This document shows positions 1 to 8,880 of a stretch of 64,000 bases of DNA, piece after piece. The DNA lies in NCBI GenBank assembly GCA_030748415.1, contig JASMMA010000006.1, positions 94,978 through 158,977 of the forward strand, read 5' to 3'. The DNA comes from Planctomycetota bacterium. GTDB taxonomy: Bacteria; Planctomycetota; UBA1135. The notes under the pieces were generated by a model, which saw only the letters and a list, made by a program, of their open reading frames with translations, searched no databases and was not told where the DNA came from. Each line of letters opens with the position of its first letter. Position 1 is the first letter of the stretch. The position numbers and the translations under genes were made by a program.

Positions 1-1
1 A

Positions 2-589
2 GAGAATTCCGTTGAGGGATTCGTGGCGGCTATGGAAAAAGGCGCGGCAGGAATTGAGCTTGATGTACGCCTAGCCGCAGACGGTGTTCCCGTGGTAATT
101 CACGATGACAACTTATTGCGAACACACGGAACCCCCGAGTTGGTTTCTGAGCTGGATTCTGGGTCGCTTGGGAAGCTCAATGTTCCAACTTTGACTGAAA
201 TCGTCGACCTCCTTGAAGGGAAAACCAGAATCCTTGTGGAGCTCAAAGGCGAAGATATGTCTTTGGCGAATACAGTGGGTGCTATGTGCGGTGGTTGCGA
301 AGATGTTTGGTTTCTCTCATTCTGCCTTGAGCAATTGCAGGCCCTTCAAGAATGTGCCCCAGCTCGGCCTCGGGTATTGAATTTGGCCAAGCCCCTAAAC
401 ACTGTGGCTAAAGAGAAATATTTTCTTACAGCTCTTTCTTCAGATTGGCGGCTACTCCAAAAGGAAGAAGTGCAAAAAGTCCAAGCTGGTGGCCATGAAG
501 TCTGGGCTTTTACATGCAATACTCCCGACGAAAAGGAAATCGCTTCAAAGTTGGGGGTCGATGCTTATTTCACCGACTGCCTTCAATAG
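2..589 (+). CDS. glycerophosphodiester phosphodiesterase (GDPD family), 5'-truncated by window edge
   Basis: The frame is open from nt 2 (ENSVEGFVAAMEKGAAGIELDVRLAADGVPVVIHDDNLLRTHG). This matches the conserved GDPD/UgpQ core block (E-N-[ST] ... G-x-x-x-[IV]-E-x-D-V ... HD). The ORF-track Met at 23 is internal. Confidence 0.8.
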   Translation, partial: ENSVEGFVAAMEKGAAGIELDVRLAADGVPVVIHDDNLLRTHGTPELVSELDSGSLGKLNVPTLTEIVDLLEGKTRILVELKGEDMSLANTVGAMCGGCEDVWFLSFCLEQLQALQECAPARPRVLNLAKPLNTVAKEKYFLTALSSDWRLLQKEEVQKVQAGGHEVWAFTCNTPDEKEIASKLGVDAYFTDCLQ

Positions 590-1125
590 AAAATAGCGTA
601 GCTGAGTAAGAGAGATGTGCCGGTTTTGGAATCATCAAATCCCGCGCCGGAGTATGTTTGGTCATCCCAGCGTATTGAAGTTTCAAGGGCCCCATTTTTT
701 GTCATGAACTGAGTCACACCAATTGAAATATTCCACCCAAGCCCGCCATCCAGGTTTGAATTAGTTTCTCTATCGGCCCACCCCGCGCCAATTTGGCCCC
801 ATGTTCGGTTTGGCCCCGATGCACTTTGCCACATTCGGCCATAGAGATTGACCCCGCGGCCAGTCGTTTTTGTGACTCCGTCATCTTCCTGGTCATAAGT
901 AAATTCCAGTCCACTCTCAATTGTGGGTGTCAGAAATGCGCCTGCAGTAGCGAGAAGGGCTCGCTCTTTATTTTTTGATGAAATCCCACCCGTTTCAGAT
1001 TCAGTGGATGCCCATGAAGCTGCAAGGGCAGTACGAACCATGCCAGATTCAAATGATTTCCCTTGGGAGGACTGGCAAGAAGTGAGCAAAAGAGAGGCAA
1101 GGAAGAGGGTACTGAGGGAGCGCAT
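583..1125 (-). CDS. small secreted outer-membrane beta-barrel-like protein
   Basis: The start is re-set to Met33 of the track ORF (cat at 1123-1125), giving signal peptide MRSLSTLFLASLLLTSC. The sequence is Gly/Ser/Thr-rich with alternating hydrophobics. The aromatic C-terminus (..LLLSYAIFY) is typical of an OMP beta-signal. The upstream 32 codons would overlap the divergent arsR-like gene. Confidence 0.5.
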   Translation of the reverse strand: MRSLSTLFLASLLLTSCQSSQGKSFESGMVRTALAASWASTESETGGISSKNKERALLATAGAFLTPTIESGLEFTYDQEDDGVTKTTGRGVNLYGRMWQSASGPNRTWGQIGAGWADRETNSNLDGGLGWNISIGVTQFMTKNGALETSIRWDDQTYSGAGFDDSKTGTSLLLSYAIFY

Positions 1126-1175
1126 GGGAAGGAGATTAACCGAGCCCTTGTTTCGTCGGAATTGTGGTTTATTGA

Positions 1176-1520
1176 GTGGAGGGAGGTGTCGCCATTCCAG
1201 TTTCTCCAAACAAAAAACCATTTTCTTTCCAAGCCGAAGCCTTTCGGGCTTTAGGGCATCCAGTGCGTTGCCAGATTCTGGACATTCTTCACCAAAGCTC
1301 CGAGGAAGTCCCCTCGGCGATGTTATTGGATACTCTTCGGATTACCAAGGCGGGCTTATCCCAACACTTGGCGAAATTGATTTCGGCTGGGCTCATTCAA
1401 ACTCGCCGCCAGGGCCGTTTTCTTTATGTGGCAATAAGTGATCCAGAACTTGGGAAAGCCAGCACTCGCATTGGAGAGATACTAAAAAAAGCGGGGCACC
1501 CTTTTCAGGGAACCCCGTAA
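1176..1520 (+). CDS. ArsR/SmtB-family HTH transcriptional regulator
   Basis: FRALGHPVRCQILDIL...LRITKAGLSQHLAKLISAGLIQTRRQGRFLYVAI is the canonical ArsR winged-helix core. The start is a GTG and is uncertain. Confidence 0.8.
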   Translation: MEGGVAIPVSPNKKPFSFQAEAFRALGHPVRCQILDILHQSSEEVPSAMLLDTLRITKAGLSQHLAKLISAGLIQTRRQGRFLYVAISDPELGKASTRIGEILKKAGHPFQGTP

Positions 1521-1540
1521 TTAGAGTTGAAAGTGAACTC

Positions 1541-2470
1541 TTATTGAATCCAACCCGTAATGGTGTTGGATGTGAGTCCTAATTGGCAAACTTGGAACCA
1601 AACCTGAGTGCCGACCATGTTTGGAACGGTCAGCGACCAACTGGTATCCCCATTGGCATCAGATGTTCCAGATGCCGCTAAACCAGCACGGTCTAAATCA
1701 AGAGTAACACCGAGTGGGTTTACAGGAGTGGAACCCAAGCCGCGAAGGCTATACGCAAGATAAGTTCCAGTATTGGCCATTCCACCGGTTACATCAAAGG
1801 TCGCCTGGGAGCCAAAAACCAAAGCGCTTGAGGAAAGCAACATGCTATAGCTCAGAATGTCAGCGTCGGCATAAACATCCCCAGTCATCGTGAAGGAGAA
1901 GCTGATACCACCCGATGAGTCTGAAATCGCGATATCCACAGGAATGTGACCATGGATTTGTCCGCCAGACTCAGTAATGGTTCCAGAGGAGGCATAAGGA
2001 TCTGCGACAGTTCCAGCGAGTGGAGTAATGGTGGTGCCTCCAAGAGCATCGTGTACCTCAAGTTCTCCAGAAAGAACAATCATGGTGATGTCGGTTGTGA
2101 AGTTTCCAGCAGCATCAATGGAGAAGTGAGGAGAGTGAGCTTCCATGTCCAAATTCCTGACCCAAATTTCGGCTAGGGGTGGGAAGAAAGGAATTGGGTT
2201 TGGAATCTTGGCATAAATAACGGCAGGATCCGTACCCATGTGTCCACCATTAAATAGGCCGCCACCAAAAGGAGCAGAAAGGTTGTCCAAGAGGATGTCA
2301 GCAGTCCCAGTGCCATTTAAGTTTTTATTGCCATTGAGGTTTCCAAGGCTTGTAGTTCCGTTCCAAGTCATTGCGGAAGCGGGAGAGTCCACATCAAGGG
2401 TGTACTGGTGCTGGGCAACAAGGGGAGTAGCAGCAAACAGGAGAGCTGAAAGAAGAAGGGAAAGTCTCAT
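1541..2470 (-). CDS. secreted hypothetical protein carrying the shared C-terminal module
   Basis: The start is re-set to Met47 (cat at 2468-2470), giving signal peptide MRLSLLLSALLFAATPLVAQ. The C-terminal ~85 aa align with the C-termini of the 4087-7062 and 7063-8664 products. No known catalytic motif was seen. Confidence 0.6.
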   Translation of the reverse strand: MRLSLLLSALLFAATPLVAQHQYTLDVDSPASAMTWNGTTSLGNLNGNKNLNGTGTADILLDNLSAPFGGGLFNGGHMGTDPAVIYAKIPNPIPFFPPLAEIWVRNLDMEAHSPHFSIDAAGNFTTDITMIVLSGELEVHDALGGTTITPLAGTVADPYASSGTITESGGQIHGHIPVDIAISDSSGGISFSFTMTGDVYADADILSYSMLLSSSALVFGSQATFDVTGGMANTGTYLAYSLRGLGSTPVNPLGVTLDLDRAGLAASGTSDANGDTSWSLTVPNMVGTQVWFQVCQLGLTSNTITGWIQ

Positions 2471-2576
2471 TAGTTGTTTTGGAGGGTATTCGGGGGATGG
2501 GTGGGGAAGGGGGCACGCCAAGAATGGCGCTTTCTCTACTATACAACTGGATAATCGCTCGGAGGCGTTAGGAGGG

Positions 2577-3350
2577 TCAATCTCCGAAATCCGCCACAAG
2601 GGGGGCATGGTCCGAAAACCGGGTCTTTTTCCAAACTAGGGCCCTTTCGGCCTTTTTAGCCAATCCAGGAGTTGCTGCCATGTAGTCCAAGCGCCACCCG
2701 ACATTGTTCTCCCAGGCACGGCCTCGATTGGACCACCAGGTATAACAGTCATCAGTTTCAGTAGGGTGCAATTGTCTGTAAACGTCTGTCCAAGCAGAGT
2801 TTGCGTAAATTTGGTCCATCCAGGCGCGTTCCTCTGGGAGAAAGCCGGAGTTTTTTTGGTTGCTCCTCCAATTGCGAAGGTCCTTCTGGGTATGGGCGAT
2901 GTTCCAATCCCCACAAACCAGGATGTTTCTTCTGCTTTTCCTGCGTTCGCATAACCAGGATTGGAGCTTCTTCATGAATCGGAACTTCTTCTTTTGAGCT
3001 TCCTCACTAGAGGACCCTGAGGGCAAGTACAGAGAAACCGCTGTAAATCTCCCAAAGTCTGCCGAAAGGATTCGCCCTTCGGAATCCGCTTCTTTCCAAT
3101 TCATTCCCTCTCGAACTTGATCCGGTTTCTTTCGACTCAAAATCGCAGTCCCTGCATAACCAGGCCGTTCGGCTGGAAACCAATGAGCATGAAAGCCAGG
3201 AGGATTTCGCATCTCTGAAGTGAGTTGGTGGTCCTGGATCCGGATTTCTTGCAGACAGACCACATCGGCATTTTGGCTTGGCAGCCAGTCCAGGAAACCT
3301 TTTCGAACGGCCGAACGGATTCCATTCAAGTTCAGAGAAATGATTCGCAT
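2577..3350 (-). CDS. xthA: exodeoxyribonuclease III (AP endonuclease)
   Basis: MRIISLNLNGIRSA...DVVCLQEIR...CGDWNIAH...RFSDHAPLVADF are ExoIII/EEP-family catalytic blocks. The length of 257 aa is typical. Confidence 0.93.
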   Translation of the reverse strand: MRIISLNLNGIRSAVRKGFLDWLPSQNADVVCLQEIRIQDHQLTSEMRNPPGFHAHWFPAERPGYAGTAILSRKKPDQVREGMNWKEADSEGRILSADFGRFTAVSLYLPSGSSSEEAQKKKFRFMKKLQSWLCERRKSRRNILVCGDWNIAHTQKDLRNWRSNQKNSGFLPEERAWMDQIYANSAWTDVYRQLHPTETDDCYTWWSNRGRAWENNVGWRLDYMAATPGLAKKAERALVWKKTRFSDHAPLVADFGD

Positions 3351-3358
3351 TTGATGGA

Positions 3359-4069
3359 TTAGAGCAAGAGTCCTAAATCTAGAAGTTGGCGTTCGGCTTG
3401 AGGTGCCCAGCCACGGTTGGCGATGGGGCTGGCCGGAGATGGGTGAAGGATTTGACCAATTTCGATATCTAGGTTTTTCAAAATGCGCGAGGCTTGGTCT
3501 TTTGCAAATTTCCCAACGCCAACCACCATCTGAGGCTGAAGCTCCTTCACGGTTTCAAGGAGAGCTTGATCGCAAGCCTCCATGAGAGGTTTTCGTTCGG
3601 CGGCAGGAAGCTTGTCAGGAGTTCGGTTCTTACCTCCCTCCTCCATGAAACAGAGTGGGCACCAATTAAAAACAAAAAATTGGTCGAAAAAAGAATCTGC
3701 CGATTCAAAATATTCCGATGCCCATGTCCAAAGTCGCCGCCCACTTACTTCAGAGCGCGGACAATCGAGTCCTTGAATGGGTCGCTTTGGGTGAATGGAG
3801 TCTGGTTGCCTCACTTGGCCATCAATCTTCAACCAATCCCGAACCATACCAACCTCCCCAAAAGGGACGCCGGTTTGAGCCATGCCCCAAGGACCAGGAT
3901 TCATACCCAACCATATCGCTCGAACTCCCTTGCGGGCGTATCGACGAAGATATTGCTCATGTAAATCCCAGGCATAATCCAAGGGGTTGTAAACATGTGT
4001 GACCGGTTTGCTAAATCGCAAACTACTGACTTCGTCACGAAGCCGTTCCGCAATTTGGATGGTCTCCAT
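3359..4069 (-). CDS. SMUG1-family (family 3) single-strand-selective uracil-DNA glycosylase
   Basis: Motif A is GMNPGPWGMAQTGVPFG and motif B is HPSPASPIANRGW. Both are near-identical to the SMUG1 signature blocks (GMNPGPFGMAQTGVPFG / HPSPRNPQANKGW). The gene lies 8 bp upstream of xthA. Confidence 0.88.
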   Translation of the reverse strand: METIQIAERLRDEVSSLRFSKPVTHVYNPLDYAWDLHEQYLRRYARKGVRAIWLGMNPGPWGMAQTGVPFGEVGMVRDWLKIDGQVRQPDSIHPKRPIQGLDCPRSEVSGRRLWTWASEYFESADSFFDQFFVFNWCPLCFMEEGGKNRTPDKLPAAERKPLMEACDQALLETVKELQPQMVVGVGKFAKDQASRILKNLDIEIGQILHPSPASPIANRGWAPQAERQLLDLGLLL

Positions 4070-4086
4070 AATCCGCCCACCGGCGG

Positions 4087-7062
4087 TTATTTGATGGTGT
4101 CGCTGGTCACATTTGTTTTCACCGAATCAACTCCGCCAGCACCCCTTTGAATGACTGCCTGCGACCACACAGTAATCAATGGGGCAGAGTTCGGGATGTT
4201 GCGCGTAACACTGGCCTCGCCGTTGGCATTGGCGGTTGCCGTCGATGTCAAGTTGATTGGCGAAAGAATGTCCAAGCAAAGATTTCCAAGCTGGGGGATG
4301 CATGGACCCGAGCCACTTCCAGTTTGGCTCCAGAGGAAGTAAACCAATTCGTTTGGATTGGCATGTTCAACAGTAAGAGTTGCTGGGAAACCCTGAAACA
4401 TAGATGTTTGAGAAAGGACTGGGTTAACCACGGTTGCAAAATGGCCCATCCATGTTCTCCAGCTTGATGTTTGGTATTCATGGTGGTTCCAGAAAGTCCC
4501 AGGCTGAGATGGGTCTTCTTCAACGCCGCTGTAGTCTCCCCAACGGCTCCCGGTGACGGGGTTAGTTGATACCTGCAAAGTGTCTTCTGCGGACATGGTT
4601 CCAGCTGGGTCATTCGCCATGCGAGTGACATATTCAATTTCGATGTACTGGTTTAAGGAGGAGCGGTGATAGGCAATGGTGGCGTTCCCGGCATCATCTA
4701 CATGGATGTCGCCAAACCAGTTGTGTTCTCCGTTGCCGTAGTTCAGGGTTCCAGATTGGATTTCAATCGGGTTCTGCCCACTGTTGGGCCAGCCTTGCAT
4801 ATCAAATTCATACCACCGAACTCTGGCGGTGTTGTTGCCAGATCCCGCTCCGACATTAAAGCAGAACCACATTCGGCCATTCCGGTAAACACCGTGCTTG
4901 ATACGGTTATCAATGGTATCGGCCTTATTGGAAGTGCCTAACTGATCTGCTCCAGGAGGACTCCGATACACCTGAACCGAAACTGCTTTGGAGTGCACTG
5001 TTGGGTTTGTAAGTGGGTCGGTGATTGCATAAAAGCTAAGTTGGCTATTACTTCCAGCCCAAGTAGAGACGAAGTACTGGACATCCATGTTTGTGTCGTA
5101 ATTCTTCATGCAGCCCAAAGAGAGAAGTCCACTAGACATGTCCATCTTTGTAGGGGACATTGCTGAGCCCGTAAGCATTGGAGCAAGTGGGAAAATGTAA
5201 ACATCATTACCTCCGCCGCTAAAACAATCGCCTGAAACATAGACAGCGTTCTCGTCGATACCAAGGTTTGGGAAATCTAGGAATCCGCAACTTGAAGCTG
5301 TGATTCGATAGGTGTGCCAGGTTCCAGTTGGGTCAGAATCATCTGAAATGCCAATACAAATATAAGATGTGTTATTTGTATCTTCGGCAGCAGCTACAAC
5401 GAATCGATCGTGGTGAGTTGAGTAAACGGCAATCGGGTCGAAGACAAAGGAGCCAGCTGAACCGCCGCTAATGTTGTTTCCGAAAAAGCCATTGCCGCCA
5501 GATAAACTTTTGCTGTAGAGTTGAGTCCCATCCTTTTTGTAAAACTCAATTTGAGAGTTTACAACACCAACAATGTGGTCACGGCCGACGGCGAGGTTTG
5601 GATCAGGAGGATTCCACCCGGTTGAGTTGAAGGCTGTGAAACCGCCGAGACCGCCACGAGGGGTTGCGGGGTTTAGTGGTTCTGGACGCCAGTTCGGGTC
5701 CCAATCAGGGCGAATTTCCGTATCGTACACCTGTTCCATGGTGATATTTCGAGCAGCCGCAACAGGCTCGATTTCAGGAATAGAGGCCTTCGCAAGCGTT
5801 TTAGGAGCGTATAGGGTTAGACCAGCAGCCCGGCGATCACCTTCGGCGTTTCCGTGCCAGGCGAAAGCAAGTTGGCCCTTCCCAGTCCACAAAGTGTGGC
5901 GAGTGTTGAGCCCTGTTTGAAGTGTTTGCTCTTCAACGGTTCTTTTGTTTGCCCGGAAGCCTTCAGATGTGCTCTTGCCGTTTCGGTCAAAGAGCTGAAC
6001 TCGAATATCAATATCGGAGTGTGGACGCCGAGGTTCAGCTATAGGTGGTTTGCCTTTATTGTTGCTGTAAGCAATTGCAAAAGCGCCATCGGGACGCATG
6101 GCAACCGATGCTCCAGTCCGCCATCCTGCGCCGCCGGCATCTACATGAGCACCTTCAGTTAGGGCGCCCTTTTCGGAATCGAAAATGCGGAACCAGGACC
6201 CGTATCCAAATCCTTCGGCTTGACTCATCCAGGCAATGGCGTAGCGGTCTTTTGCGTTAGAAGATATTGAAGGCTCTATCCCCGCTTCTTCTTGGTCATC
6301 CACACGGGTAATGGAACCCAGAGGCATGTTCAGGTTCACGAGTCGGGATTGAAGCCCTTGAGGGGTTCCTGTTTCGGAATCGGAGGTTGACCAAACAGCT
6401 GCAAACCGTTCACCCGCCAAGGGAGCAATAGAGGGAAGAGTTTGCCGAAGGTTTTGGTTTGGAGCAATGAGAAACTCGTCGCAAAGAGGGGTGCCGTCTT
6501 GCGAGAAGGACCTGACTTTAATTTGTGAGATACCTGTGGACCAATCTTCCCATGCAACAAATGCGCTTCCATTTGATGAGAACTCTAGGACAGGCCGAAT
6601 TTGATCACCAGACCGTTCTTGGTTCACACGGATTTCGTCTCCTTTAGGAAGGAGCTCTGTTCGAGTGCTTCCATCCTCGAGAATATTTTCTTGAAGAGTG
6701 AGCCGCCGCGCATAAACCCCAAACCCGTCTCCATCTTGAGCGTTGCTTTGCCAAACAACCCAAGCGCTTCCGTCTGGTGCGAATGCAGCCGAGGGGCGCA
6801 ACTGATTGTCTTGGACAGTAGTGTTGATATGAAGCTCTGTTCCAAGAGGGCGGCCAAAGGGGTCTAGCCAAGCACCGAACACACCGAAGGTGCCCACTTC
6901 CTGTCGACGGCTACCCCAAACCATGAGTAAGTTCCCATCTTTGTCCGCTGCTATTGCCTGATCAACTTGCCGGTTGTGGGTGAAAGTGTTGGCCGCTCTT
7001 TCTGTTAGGTGGAAATCAGAGAGTGGATTCTGGAGGAGTGCGAGGGTTAAGAGGGTAATCAT
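4087..7062 (-). CDS. large secreted repeat protein: N-terminal 7-fold ~55-aa repeat (propeller-like), central uncharacterised domain, shared C-terminal module
   Basis: This is a 991-aa ORF with a short N-terminal hydrophobic signal (MITLLTLALLQ). Seven units follow the pattern Q-x2-P-x-[VIA]-A-x4-G-x-[FAW]-x-[VA]-[VA]-W ... G-[VI]-[FY]-[GA]-R. The C-terminus aligns with the two neighbouring secreted proteins. Its start codon abuts the stop of the upstream FG-GAP gene (7062/7063). Confidence 0.8.
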   Translation of the reverse strand: MITLLTLALLQNPLSDFHLTERAANTFTHNRQVDQAIAADKDGNLLMVWGSRRQEVGTFGVFGAWLDPFGRPLGTELHINTTVQDNQLRPSAAFAPDGSAWVVWQSNAQDGDGFGVYARRLTLQENILEDGSTRTELLPKGDEIRVNQERSGDQIRPVLEFSSNGSAFVAWEDWSTGISQIKVRSFSQDGTPLCDEFLIAPNQNLRQTLPSIAPLAGERFAAVWSTSDSETGTPQGLQSRLVNLNMPLGSITRVDDQEEAGIEPSISSNAKDRYAIAWMSQAEGFGYGSWFRIFDSEKGALTEGAHVDAGGAGWRTGASVAMRPDGAFAIAYSNNKGKPPIAEPRRPHSDIDIRVQLFDRNGKSTSEGFRANKRTVEEQTLQTGLNTRHTLWTGKGQLAFAWHGNAEGDRRAAGLTLYAPKTLAKASIPEIEPVAAARNITMEQVYDTEIRPDWDPNWRPEPLNPATPRGGLGGFTAFNSTGWNPPDPNLAVGRDHIVGVVNSQIEFYKKDGTQLYSKSLSGGNGFFGNNISGGSAGSFVFDPIAVYSTHHDRFVVAAAEDTNNTSYICIGISDDSDPTGTWHTYRITASSCGFLDFPNLGIDENAVYVSGDCFSGGGNDVYIFPLAPMLTGSAMSPTKMDMSSGLLSLGCMKNYDTNMDVQYFVSTWAGSNSQLSFYAITDPLTNPTVHSKAVSVQVYRSPPGADQLGTSNKADTIDNRIKHGVYRNGRMWFCFNVGAGSGNNTARVRWYEFDMQGWPNSGQNPIEIQSGTLNYGNGEHNWFGDIHVDDAGNATIAYHRSSLNQYIEIEYVTRMANDPAGTMSAEDTLQVSTNPVTGSRWGDYSGVEEDPSQPGTFWNHHEYQTSSWRTWMGHFATVVNPVLSQTSMFQGFPATLTVEHANPNELVYFLWSQTGSGSGPCIPQLGNLCLDILSPINLTSTATANANGEASVTRNIPNSAPLITVWSQAVIQRGAGGVDSVKTNVTSDTIK

Positions 7063-8664
7063 TTATTGAATTGTGGCTTGTAGTGCGGTGGAAGCTGCAC
7101 CTGGAGGGGGGCCGCCGTGTTGCCAGACTTGCGCCCAAATGGTGACGCCTGTTACTCCAGACGGTACGGAGGAGCTTAGGGTTCCGTAACCCAAACTGTC
7201 GGAGTTAGATGTTCCAAGAATGAGAATGGGTTCTGCTAAATCAAGAATCACCCCACTTGGATAGGAGGTTGTCCCAAAGCCAGATAGAGAATAAAGAAAT
7301 GTAAGGGGTGAGCTGGGAACTCCGTCCTGAACGGTGAAGGTGGCAGTTTGGCCGGCCGTTAGTCCACTTACTGTGAGGATGGCGACGGGGTCAGAGTAGT
7401 AAAGGTAAACATCGCTATCAGGGTTGCCACCTGGTTCGCCAATTAGAAAATCAGCAAGACCATCACCATTGACATCTCCGGCGGGGGCTACCGCTTGTCC
7501 AAGGAAGTCCTTGGTGGAATCTCCAGTAAATCGATACAGGATGCGCCCACTCATACCGGAGTAGAGGCGTGCGGAGCCTGCTGCAAGGCCGGTAGATCCG
7601 GCATCTCCGGAAAAAGGAGCACCTACGAGAAGGTCGTTGAGACCATCACCATCTACATCGCCCACGGCAGCGAGGCTGGACCCGAAAGCTTCAAATCGAG
7701 ATTCTTCATCGAAGCGCTGAAGAAGGGGAAAATTGCCAGCCATGGAGCGAATTTCTACAAATCCAGTTTTTAATGTTTGGGTTGAGTAGTCGTTCATTGC
7801 GCCAAGGGCAAGATCGGGAATCCCGTCACCGTTCGTGTCGCCTATTGAGGCGAGTGAATAACCCATTGCGTCGGTTGGGGTCCCAAAGATTTTTTGAATC
7901 CGTGTGCCGGTTTCACCTGAGAAGATTTCTACACATCCAGAGTCGCTTCCACCAGAGTCATTGCGAGGAGACCCGATTGCGATTTCAGATACACCGTCAT
8001 TGTCCAAGTCAGGAAGTTGCGCGGCCGACCAACCAAGCATGTCCCATGGGTTTTCTCCGTAGTAGCGATGAAGGATACTCCCAGTGGCTCCGGAATAAAT
8101 GAAGGCGGCGCCGGCACCTGGACCAGCCCAATCGTGGTGGGGCGCACCAACGAGAATGTCATCATGGCCGTCGCCGTTGAGGTCTCCACATGCAGAAATT
8201 GTTTGGCCAAACCAGTCCCACCGATTGTTGCTTGTCAGAGTGAAGATTTCGGAACCGGTTGCACCTGACCATACCCGAACATAGCCAGAAGAGAAGCCAT
8301 CAGTGTTGTCTCGGCGAGAGCCGCCTGCAAAGTCGGGCACTCCATCAGCATCGACATCTCCAACACCAGAAACAGTAAAGCCCATTCGATGGTAATCGGA
8401 ATCACCGTGAAGGTGGTAAAGCTCAACCCCGGAAGCAGCGGAGTAAATATGGACTGCACCTGCCTGGACGCCGTTTCCGCTTTCTCGTGAAGCGCCAACA
8501 ATAAAGTCATCAATTCCGTCAGAATCCAGGTCGCCGATGGTGTCAAGTGAGCAGCCGAATTCGGTCCCTGTTGCGACTCCGTCTAAATGAAGGCCCAATT
8601 GCTGACTCGTAAGGGGCGAGCCAAGGACTAGGAAAAGGGTGAGTGAGGGGAGGGGGAAACGCAT
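7063..8664 (-). CDS. FG-GAP (integrin-alpha-like) repeat protein, secreted, with shared C-terminal module
   Basis: Seven Ca-binding FG-GAP cores are present: GDLDSDGIDDFIVGA, GDVDADGVPDFAGGS, GDLNGDGHDDILVGAP, PDLDNDGVSEIAIGSP, GDTNGDGIPDLALGA, GDVDGDGLNDLLVGAP and GDVNGDGLADFLIGEP. The start is re-set to Met46 (cat at 8662-8664), giving signal MRFPLPSLTLFLVLGSPLTSQ. Confidence 0.88.
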   Translation of the reverse strand: MRFPLPSLTLFLVLGSPLTSQQLGLHLDGVATGTEFGCSLDTIGDLDSDGIDDFIVGASRESGNGVQAGAVHIYSAASGVELYHLHGDSDYHRMGFTVSGVGDVDADGVPDFAGGSRRDNTDGFSSGYVRVWSGATGSEIFTLTSNNRWDWFGQTISACGDLNGDGHDDILVGAPHHDWAGPGAGAAFIYSGATGSILHRYYGENPWDMLGWSAAQLPDLDNDGVSEIAIGSPRNDSGGSDSGCVEIFSGETGTRIQKIFGTPTDAMGYSLASIGDTNGDGIPDLALGAMNDYSTQTLKTGFVEIRSMAGNFPLLQRFDEESRFEAFGSSLAAVGDVDGDGLNDLLVGAPFSGDAGSTGLAAGSARLYSGMSGRILYRFTGDSTKDFLGQAVAPAGDVNGDGLADFLIGEPGGNPDSDVYLYYSDPVAILTVSGLTAGQTATFTVQDGVPSSPLTFLYSLSGFGTTSYPSGVILDLAEPILILGTSNSDSLGYGTLSSSVPSGVTGVTIWAQVWQHGGPPPGAASTALQATIQ

Positions 8665-8711
8665 GAACTTCCCAGCATAACCCGAATCGGATTCCATGCT
8701 GGAGAGGAGTG

Positions 8712-8729
8712 GTGTGCGAATTCGCACAC
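8712..8729. promoter_or_regulatory. 18-bp perfect palindrome GTGTGCGAATTCGCACAC (TGTG-N8-CACA spacing), candidate operator in divergent promoter region
   Basis: Read directly from the sequence, and it equals its own reverse complement. It lies in the 216-bp gap between the divergently transcribed FG-GAP operon (start 8664) and the 1174-aa lipoprotein gene (start 8881). The half-site spacing is that of CRP/FNR-type sites. Confidence 0.4.
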
Positions 8730-8880
8730 ATCTGGGGAGGATTTGGAGTAATATTCCAGAGTAATGTTGAAAAAGACACAAATCCCCTTGGTACGGCATT
8801 TGCTTCTATGACTATTGGAAAGAGGAGGCTCCTGTGGCCCCTAATCCCCAAAGACCAACGCGTCTATAAACTAAGCCCGA

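Noticed and set aside
8665-8799. 45-codon N-terminal extension of the FG-GAP ORF, with similar extensions at 2471-2608, 1126-1221 and 32808-32933
   Set aside because: In each case an internal Met is followed immediately by a textbook signal peptide or by the family's conserved N-terminus. The extensions also run into promoter regions or neighbouring genes.
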